A stretch of 63,057 nucleotides of DNA from Clostridia bacterium. GTDB lineage: Bacteria > Bacillota > Clostridia > Monoglobales > Monoglobaceae. Under the pieces are notes generated by a model that made no database searches, was not told the DNA's origin, and was given only the letters and a program-made list of their open reading frames with translations. The stretch spans positions 1 to 63,057 of the forward strand of contig JAGAIJ010000086.1 of assembly GCA_017626595.1 (NCBI GenBank), given 5' to 3'. Each line of letters starts with the position of its first letter. Positions within the stretch are counted from its first letter, which is position 1. The translations under genes were made by a program, and so were the position numbers. Below are positions 56,418-63,057 of the stretch, one piece after another.

Positions 56418-58529
56418 ATGGCTAGACAGTATTCACTTCAAAATACAAGAAATATCGGTATCATGGCTCACATCGATGCCGGAAAAACTACAACTACTGA
56501 AAGAATCCTGTATTATACAGGTATAAACCATAAACTCGGTGAAACTCATGATGGTTCCGCTACTATGGACTGGATGGCTCAGGAACAGGAGCGTGGTATT
56601 ACAATTACTTCTGCTGCTACAACATGTTTCTGGCAGCCAAAAGAAGGTCCTTACAAAGGCATAAAGAACAGAATTAACATCATCGATACACCTGGACACG
56701 TTGACTTTACAGTTGAAGTTCAGCGTTCACTCCGTGTACTTGACGGTTCTGTTACTGTTATGTGTGCTAAGGGCGGTGTAGAACCACAGTCTGAAACTGT
56801 ATGGCGTCAGGCTGACGATTATAAGGTTCCACGTATGATTTTCGTTAACAAGATGGATATCATGGGTGCTGACTTCTATAACGTTGTTAACATGGTTCAC
56901 GAAAGACTCCAGGCTAACGGTGTTCCAATCCAGCTCCCTATCGGTGCTGAAGAAGACTTCATAGGTATCATCGACCTTATGAACATGGAAGCTGAAATCT
57001 ATGATGACGAGCTTGGTGAAAAGTATCACAAGGATGCTATCCCTGCTGATATGATGGACAAGGCAGAAGAATATCGTCAGAACATGGTTGAAAAAATCTG
57101 TGAAACAGACGAAGTTCTTCTCGAAAAGTTCTTCGAAGGTGAAGAAATCACTGTTGCAGAACTTAAGAAGGCTTTAAGAAAAGCTACAATTAACAATGAA
57201 ATTATTCCTATTCTCTGTGGTACAGCATATAGAAACAAGGGCGTACAGCTCCTTCTCGATGCTATCATCGAATATATGCCAGCTCCAACAGACGTTCCTA
57301 ACATCAAGGGTGTTAACCCAAATACTGACGAAGAAGACGAAAGACCATCTTCAGACGATGCTCCGTTTGCTGCTCTCGCATTTAAGATTGCAACAGACCC
57401 ATTCGTAGGTAAGATCTGCTTCTTCCGTGTATATTCAGGTTCTCTTGAAAAGGGTTCATACGTTCTCAACTCCTGCAAGGGTAAGAGAGAAAGAATGGGT
57501 AGAATTCTCCAGATGCACGCTAACCACAGAGAAGATTTAGATATCGTTTACTCTGGTGATATCGCTGCAGCTGTTGGTCTCCAGAACACAACAACCGGTG
57601 AAACACTTTGTGACGAAAAGGCTCCAATTATCCTTGAATCAATGGTGTTCCCTGAACCGGTTATCCGTGTTGCTATCGAACCAAAAACTAAGGCTGGACA
57701 GGAAAAGATGGGCTTAGCTCTTGCAAAGCTTGCTGAAGAAGATCCAACATTCAAGACTTATACAGACGAAGAAACAGGTCAGACAATTATCGCTGGTATG
57801 GGTGAACTTCACCTTGAAATCATCGTTGACCGTCTCTTAAGAGAATTTAAGGTTGAAGCTAACGTTGGTCAGCCTCAGGTTTCATACCGTGAAGCATTCA
57901 GAAATCCTGTTAAAATCGAGCACAAGTACGCTCGTCAGTCAGGTGGTAAGGGTCAGTACGGTCACGTACTCATTGAATTCGAACCACTTAACGAAGGCGA
58001 CGGATATGTATTCGAAAATGCAATTGTCGGCGGTGCTATTCCTAAGGAATACATCCCTGCTGTTGACGCTGGTATCCAGAGCGCTATGCTCAACGGTGTA
58101 CTTGCAGGTTACAACGTAGTTGACTTAAAGGCAAGACTCTATGACGGTTCTTACCACGAAGTTGACTCTTCTGAAATGGCGTTTAAGATTGCTGCTTCTA
58201 TGGCTTTCAAGGAAGCTATGAGAAAGTCAGACCCAGTTCTTAAAGAACCTATCATGCTCGTTAACGTAATCACTCCTGACGATTACCTCGGTTTCGTTAT
58301 CGGTGACTTAAGCTCAAGACGTGGTATGATCAGAAGCCAGGAAGTTCGTAGCGGTGGCGTTACACAGGTTACTGCTGACGTTCCGCTTTCAGAAATGTTC
58401 GGTTATGCTACAGTTCTCCGTTCTGGTACACAGGGCCGTGGACAGTACACAATGGAACCTTCACACTACAGCGAAGTTCCAAAGAACATTCAGGAAAAGA
58501 TTGTTGACGAAAGAGCAAAGAAGGACTAA
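56418..58529 (+). CDS. fusA: Elongation factor G
   Basis: [20 protein letters not shown]; 703 aa. Confidence 0.98.
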   Translation: MARQYSLQNTRNIGIMAHIDAGKTTTTERILYYTGINHKLGETHDGSATMDWMAQEQERGITITSAATTCFWQPKEGPYKGIKNRINIIDTPGHVDFTVEVQRSLRVLDGSVTVMCAKGGVEPQSETVWRQADDYKVPRMIFVNKMDIMGADFYNVVNMVHERLQANGVPIQLPIGAEEDFIGIIDLMNMEAEIYDDELGEKYHKDAIPADMMDKAEEYRQNMVEKICETDEVLLEKFFEGEEITVAELKKALRKATINNEIIPILCGTAYRNKGVQLLLDAIIEYMPAPTDVPNIKGVNPNTDEEDERPSSDDAPFAALAFKIATDPFVGKICFFRVYSGSLEKGSYVLNSCKGKRERMGRILQMHANHREDLDIVYSGDIAAAVGLQNTTTGETLCDEKAPIILESMVFPEPVIRVAIEPKTKAGQEKMGLALAKLAEEDPTFKTYTDEETGQTIIAGMGELHLEIIVDRLLREFKVEANVGQPQVSYREAFRNPVKIEHKYARQSGGKGQYGHVLIEFEPLNEGDGYVFENAIVGGAIPKEYIPAVDAGIQSAMLNGVLAGYNVVDLKARLYDGSYHEVDSSEMAFKIAASMAFKEAMRKSDPVLKEPIMLVNVITPDDYLGFVIGDLSSRRGMIRSQEVRSGGVTQVTADVPLSEMFGYATVLRSGTQGRGQYTMEPSHYSEVPKNIQEKIVDERAKKD

Positions 58530-58574
58530 TCTCCCGATACAGCTTGTCAGTTGACAAAATTTTTCAAAAAACTA

Positions 58575-58603
58575 TTGAAAAGTTTACCTTTTCATAGTAA
58601 AAT
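58575..58603 (+). promoter_or_regulatory. Candidate internal promoter for tuf
   Basis: TTGAAA (58575-58580), 17-nt spacer, TAAAAT (58598-58603), in the 123-nt fusA-tuf spacer. Confidence 0.45.
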
Positions 58604-58652
58604 ATTATTTAAGTAAATAAATTAAAAGTTTCTATATTAGGAGGAAAACAAA

Positions 58653-59852
58653 ATGGCAAAGGAAAAGTTTAACAGAACCAAACCACATGTAAACATTGGT
58701 ACAATTGGACACGTTGACCATGGTAAGACAACTCTTACTGCTGCTATTACAAAAGTTCTCGCTTTAAATGGTAAGGCACAGTTCGAAGCTTACGACATGA
58801 TCGATAAGGCTCCAGAAGAAAGAGAAAGAGGTATCACAATCTCTACAGCTCACGTTGAATACGAAACAGATATTAGACACTACGCTCACGTTGACTGTCC
58901 AGGACATGCTGACTACGTTAAGAACATGATCACTGGTGCAGCTCAGATGGACGGTGCTATCCTCGTTGTATCTTCAGCTGATGGCCCAATGCCACAGACA
59001 AGAGAACACATCCTTCTTTCAAGACAGGTTGGCGTTCCTTACATCGTAGTATTCATGAACAAGGTTGACCAGGTTGACGATCCAGAACTTCTCGAACTCG
59101 TTGAAATGGAAATCAGAGACCTTCTCTCAGAATATGACTTCCCAGGTGACGATATTCCAATCGTTAAGGGTTCAGCTCTCGGCGTTCTCGAATCAACATC
59201 AACAGATCCTAACGCTCCTGAATACGCTTGTATCCATGAACTTATGGCTGCTGTTGACAGCTACATCCCAGAACCAGACAGAATGTCTGACCAGCCTTTC
59301 TGTATGCCTGTAGAAGACGTATTCTCAATCTCAGGCCGTGGTACAGTTGCTACAGGTAGAGTTGAAAGAGGTATCGCTCACGTTGGTGATGAAGTTGAAA
59401 TCGTAGGTCTTGGTGAAACAAGAAAGGTTGTTATCACAGGTCTCGAAATGTTCAGAAAGTCACTTGACGAAGCTATGGCTGGTGATAACGTAGGTGCTCT
59501 TCTCCGTGGTATCGCTAGAGACGAAATCGAAAGAGGACAGGTTCTCGCTAAGATCGGTTCTATCACACCACACACAAAGTTTAAGGGTCAGGTTTACGTT
59601 CTTACTAAGGAAGAAGGCGGACGTCATACTCCATTCTTCACAAACTACAGACCACAGTTCTATTTCAGAACAACAGACGTTACAGGCGTTATTTCTCTCC
59701 CAGAAGGCGTAGAAATGTGTATGCCTGGTGATAACGTTGTTATGACTGTTGAACTTACAACAAACATTGCTATCGAACCAGGTCTCCGTTTCGCTATTCG
59801 TGAAGGCGGTAGAACAGTAGGTTCAGGCGTTGTTTCTGAAGTTATTGAATAA
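58653..59852 (+). CDS. tuf: Elongation factor Tu
   Basis: [20 protein letters not shown]; 399 aa. Confidence 0.98.
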   Translation: MAKEKFNRTKPHVNIGTIGHVDHGKTTLTAAITKVLALNGKAQFEAYDMIDKAPEERERGITISTAHVEYETDIRHYAHVDCPGHADYVKNMITGAAQMDGAILVVSSADGPMPQTREHILLSRQVGVPYIVVFMNKVDQVDDPELLELVEMEIRDLLSEYDFPGDDIPIVKGSALGVLESTSTDPNAPEYACIHELMAAVDSYIPEPDRMSDQPFCMPVEDVFSISGRGTVATGRVERGIAHVGDEVEIVGLGETRKVVITGLEMFRKSLDEAMAGDNVGALLRGIARDEIERGQVLAKIGSITPHTKFKGQVYVLTKEEGGRHTPFFTNYRPQFYFRTTDVTGVISLPEGVEMCMPGDNVVMTVELTTNIAIEPGLRFAIREGGRTVGSGVVSEVIE

Positions 59853-59865
59853 TTGACTTCTTGTT

Positions 59866-59900
59866 AAAGGGTGCAAATGCATTTTGCACCCTTTATTTTT
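59866..59900 (+). terminator. Terminator after tuf
   Basis: aaagggtgcaaa tgcat tttgcacccttt atttttt. Confidence 0.8.
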
Positions 59901-59923
59901 ACTAAACTGCAGGAGGATTTACC

Positions 59924-61855
59924 ATGAAACTCAGTAAGAATTTAGAAGTAAAATGCGACGAGATTACCAATAATATCTGTTCCTTTAAGCTTTACGGAAA
60001 GGAGCTTCTGGATACTGATAATCCGTCTCCAAGTGAATTCTATGTAAACGGTTTACCGCTTCAGCTTCGCAAGTATGCTGACCCATACGGCGGAGATTTC
60101 TATGACCCTAACTCTACTATGAAGGGTGAACGCTTTACAGAGCATTTATCAGGCTGGGGCCTGGTGCTTAGCCGTAATATGGGCGAAAGAATTTCCGACT
60201 TCACAAAGGAAGTTTATTCACCATACAACTGTTTCGGAATTAACTACATAATCCGAAGAGAAAAAGCACATCAGACCTGTGTCAGCCCAGGTCCGGGAGG
60301 TCCTGTTATCGAGGCACCTCTCTTTGTTGACACATTTTCACTTCTTAATCTTAACTGGAAGTTCTGGGGCGAGGATACTCGAATGATTTTCGGTTCTTCC
60401 CACAGTGCAGGTCCTGCTGATACTGCAGCACATATTGGCTATGAAAATGATACTCCTGAGGTTTGTAAAAAATATTTGACCAACGTTCGCAGACGCCTTT
60501 ACCCTGGTGTTATGGTATTCCACGGCGGAATTTTCTACAACGTTAAGACCGAGGAATGGGTTGCAATTACCTGCAGAAACTCCCATGTCGGCTATATTCT
60601 TAACACAAACAACGCAGGCAAGGGCGTAAGCTATGACTTTACACTTCATGCTGAGTTTAAGCTTAATGACTGGCTCAGAATGCCTGAAATCCGCATCTTC
60701 TACGGAAACAACAAGGAAGAAATGAATAGGTTTATGGCAGACTACGTGGCCCACTACTATCAGGAACCGCCTGAATGGACCTTTAAGACTCTCTGGAAAG
60801 AGGGACTTACATGGAACAACGCTCCTACATGGAAAGAGCAGGGAGATAAGTGGATTGAAGAATACGAAGACGGTCAGTTCAGCGGTATCAAGTATTCCCT
60901 TGTTACAAACAGACCTGTTGACTCAGGCACAAACCCATTCGGCTATGAGCCTGACCCTAACCACGGCACAAAGCAGGAATTTAAGGAAATGTGCTTAAGA
61001 CTTAAGGAAAAGGGTATTCCTATGCTTATCTGGATGTCCCACAGCGGTCTTGTTCCCGGTGCGCCTGATGTTAAGGACGACTGGTTCATCCGTGGTATTG
61101 ACGGCAGAATTTCTGCAAGCTGGGGCTCGGAAAATGACGGTATGTTCACAATCAACCCTGGACACCCTGAATATATTGAATACACAAAGAAATGGATTAA
61201 GTTCTATATTAAGGAATGTGGCGCAAAGGGAATTTTCTTTGACTGTTTAGGCTGGGCATTCTCCCCTGACTACACAAAGCGCGACTTTATGAGATACCCT
61301 GGGGACACAAACCTCCAGAGCATCAAGTTTATGAACGAAATGTATGACTATATTAAGGAGCTTAACCCTGAAGCAATTATGCTGGGCGAAGGCACAAGCT
61401 TAGAAGGTCCTTGCAACATCTTCGCACTTCATTCAAATCCTGTGAAAGCTATTGACGGCCTTGGCCCAAGAGACTTCTTCTTAAACATTAACAAGTACTC
61501 CAAAAAGAGATTTGTTATTGACCAGGCAGGTTTCTTAAACCCAGGTTCAGGTCTTTGCGAAACAATTCCAAGAAAAATGGGCGAACCATTTAAGGAACAC
61601 AATCGTTTCCTCGTAAAGCTTCTCCGCGAAGTTGGCGGACGTGATACATTCAAGTACGCAGGCGACCTGCTTTCAGTTTACGAAAACCTTTTATTTGTAG
61701 CATTCTACGATAATAAAGCTCCTGAAATTGACGTAAAACTTCCTGCAGAGTATGATAATGTTAAAACTATTACCGAAAAGTTTACAGGCAAGGTTTACGA
61801 GAGAAACAGCGACGGCGTATTCGAAAAGGTTTACCCTGGAATTTACGAAATGTAA
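59924..61855 (+). CDS. Hypothetical cytoplasmic protein; possible N-terminal beta-sandwich plus TIM-barrel glycoside-hydrolase-like domain
   Basis: 643 aa with no signal peptide. The motif order KGIPMLIWMSHSG ... GAKGIFFDCLGW ... AIMLGEGTS resembles the beta3/beta4/beta5 strands of alpha-amylase-type or clan GH-D barrels. This is weak, by-eye only. Confidence 0.4.
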   Translation: MKLSKNLEVKCDEITNNICSFKLYGKELLDTDNPSPSEFYVNGLPLQLRKYADPYGGDFYDPNSTMKGERFTEHLSGWGLVLSRNMGERISDFTKEVYSPYNCFGINYIIRREKAHQTCVSPGPGGPVIEAPLFVDTFSLLNLNWKFWGEDTRMIFGSSHSAGPADTAAHIGYENDTPEVCKKYLTNVRRRLYPGVMVFHGGIFYNVKTEEWVAITCRNSHVGYILNTNNAGKGVSYDFTLHAEFKLNDWLRMPEIRIFYGNNKEEMNRFMADYVAHYYQEPPEWTFKTLWKEGLTWNNAPTWKEQGDKWIEEYEDGQFSGIKYSLVTNRPVDSGTNPFGYEPDPNHGTKQEFKEMCLRLKEKGIPMLIWMSHSGLVPGAPDVKDDWFIRGIDGRISASWGSENDGMFTINPGHPEYIEYTKKWIKFYIKECGAKGIFFDCLGWAFSPDYTKRDFMRYPGDTNLQSIKFMNEMYDYIKELNPEAIMLGEGTSLEGPCNIFALHSNPVKAIDGLGPRDFFLNINKYSKKRFVIDQAGFLNPGSGLCETIPRKMGEPFKEHNRFLVKLLREVGGRDTFKYAGDLLSVYENLLFVAFYDNKAPEIDVKLPAEYDNVKTITEKFTGKVYERNSDGVFEKVYPGIYEM

Positions 61856-61893
61856 AAATTAAACCCTAGGCGAGATGCCTAGGGTTATTTTTT
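61856..61893. terminator. Bidirectional terminator between the 643-aa gene and the Nif3-like gene
   Basis: aaaaattaaaccctaggc gagat gcctagggtt attttttatt. Confidence 0.75.
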
Positions 61894-62692
61894 ATTCTAT
61901 TCCATTAAAAAACGGTTTCGAGTTTGAAATTTCCACATCCACATCAGGAAAATTATTTCTTATAAATCTTCCGAGGAAATTACAGATTATATTCTCTGTT
62001 TCAAAGTGACCTGCATCAATTATGTTAAGGTCAAGGGCTTTCGCCATAAGACCCTTATGGTGAGGCACGTCAGCTGTTACAAACACGTCGGCGCCTGCAT
62101 TCTTCGCGCACTGTATAAAATCTCCGCCGCTGCCGCTGCAAAGAGCAACAGTTTCAATTCTTCTTTCCATATCACCGCCTGCACGGATTGCAGTTGAAGA
62201 AAGACTTGCCTTTACGAAGTCCACATAGTTATCCATGGACATTGGTGTGTCTAAATATCCTACTCTGCCGATTGCATCAATTGTATTGCCGAAAATATCG
62301 GTACATTCCTCTTTTGTGAACATTCTCACATCAGAAAGCCCAAGCTTTTCAGCCAGAAGGTCGTTCATTCCGCCGTTGCACTTATCAAAATTTGTGTGCA
62401 TACTGTATGCGGAGATGTTGTTCTGTATAAGCTTTCTTACGATTGCTCCTGTTTCATCCTGTTCAATCACAGCCTTAAGCGGAGTAAACAAAAGCGGGTG
62501 GTGGGAGATAATCATATCTGCCCCTGAGGCGATTGCCTGATTAACATTTTCCATTGTAATATCAAGGCAAACGAGAATTTTGTCGATATCTTGCTCAAGA
62601 TTGCCAACCATAAGACCGACGTTGTCCCACTCTTCCTTTAATTCAGGGGGTGCAAGACGCTCCAAAGCTCTTTTAATTTCTTTAACTTTCAT
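61892..62692 (-). CDS. Nif3-like dinuclear metal center protein (YqfO family)
   Basis: WDNVGLMVG...ISHHPLLF...DAGHFETE motifs. The start is set at the ATG at 62692 (MKVKEI). Confidence 0.85.
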   Translation of the reverse strand: MKVKEIKRALERLAPPELKEEWDNVGLMVGNLEQDIDKILVCLDITMENVNQAIASGADMIISHHPLLFTPLKAVIEQDETGAIVRKLIQNNISAYSMHTNFDKCNGGMNDLLAEKLGLSDVRMFTKEECTDIFGNTIDAIGRVGYLDTPMSMDNYVDFVKASLSSTAIRAGGDMERRIETVALCSGSGGDFIQCAKNAGADVFVTADVPHHKGLMAKALDLNIIDAGHFETENIICNFLGRFIRNNFPDVDVEISNSKPFFNGIE

Positions 62693-63057
62693 AAAATTCC
62701 TCCTCCGTTTCAAGAAGTAATTTTTTTAACCTTTCAAGTTTATCTCTGTCAGGATTTTCAGCTTTTTCAATGCCCTCTATGGCATTTTTAAGCTTGTTTA
62801 TTCTCCTTTTTAAGTATTCAGGAAAATAAATATCCTCTCTTAAAAGCTTTCCTATATAAATTTCGGCATCATTATATTCTTCAGCCTCTCCAAAACGGGC
62901 AACCATTATATTATAAATCTTTTCGCCCTCTTTAGCTAAAACTTCCTTGTTAATCCTGAAGTTATTTTTAATTAAATATTCCCTTAATTCGTCATCAGCT
63001 GTCATAGGCTGTAAAATCAGCTCCATATCTTGAGCAAGATATTTGGAGGTTTCTAAA
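62682..63057 (-). CDS. trmK: tRNA (adenine22-N1)-methyltransferase TrmK, C-terminal part (the gene continues beyond the window)
   Basis: LILQPM...YNIMVA plus a C-terminal coiled-coil tail. The frame stays open upstream of the annotated Met to the window edge. The trmK-nif3 order matches Bacillus yqfN-yqfO. Confidence 0.8.
   Translation of the reverse strand, partial: LETSKYLAQDMELILQPMTADDELREYLIKNNFRINKEVLAKEGEKIYNIMVARFGEAEEYNDAEIYIGKLLREDIYFPEYLKRRINKLKNAIEGIEKAENPDRDKLERLKKLLLETEEEFYES

Noticed and set aside
1-63057. Search for CRISPR arrays, transposases, integrases, phage modules, restriction-modification or other defence genes, and toxin-antitoxin pairs
   Set aside because: There are no regularly spaced short direct repeats and no ORF with recognisable nuclease, integrase, transposase, reverse-transcriptase or methyltransferase motifs. 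All large ORFs are accounted for by housekeeping or carbohydrate-related functions.

Overview
This is a 63 kb stretch of a low-GC Firmicutes (Clostridia) chromosome. A dockerin-bearing surface protein, a type III glutamine synthetase, a glgB-C-D-A plus glgP layout and the EF-G/EF-Tu sequences suggest an Oscillospiraceae/Ruminococcus-like gut anaerobe; this is inference only, with no database search possible. Gene content is mostly core:
- Cell envelope genes: YycH/YycI-like, a YabE-like G5-3D protein, an LCP transferase and an amidase.
- RNase J, ung and a hemolysin-III family protein.
- glnN with an overlapping Cys-rich mini-protein.
- An AraC-type regulator with a GH38 alpha-mannosidase.
- A CDF transporter.
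- An AsnC-aminotransferase-TatD operon.
- A tightly packed minus-strand run: gyrA, aconitase, rex and two CBM9-like/SGNH esterase paralogs.
- The glycogen locus (GH13, glgB, glgC, glgD, glgA, glgP).
- DUF1015-hom-thrB-lysC.
- An orphan sugar ABC ATPase.
- The str operon (L7Ae-like, rpsL, rpsG, fusA, tuf).
- Nif3 and trmK.

I saw no CRISPR array, transposase, integrase, phage module or recognisable defence or toxin-antitoxin genes, so I cannot point to a clear-cut novel multi-gene system. The items most worth a second look are:
1. A ~190-bp imperfect palindromic intergenic element built around a bidirectional terminator. It is present three times, with compensatory base changes that preserve its hairpins. 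A second, shorter terminator-carrying repeat family has two copies.
2. Three tandem, mosaic paralogs of a cytoplasmic GH36-like (melibiase-fold) hydrolase abutting the glycogen locus, plus a remote TIM-barrel hydrolase-like gene after tuf.
3. A signal-peptide-less CBM9-like/SGNH esterase whose start overlaps the stop of rex, next to a secreted paralog.
4. A degenerate 73-nt tRNA-Pro(CGG)-like element next to a tRNA gene at the window edge.
5. A 1037-aa dockerin protein with an internally duplicated lectin-like/B-repeat architecture and no recognisable catalytic domain.

All functional calls come from by-eye motif recognition in the supplied translations. Coordinates of non-coding elements are good to about +/-2 nt.
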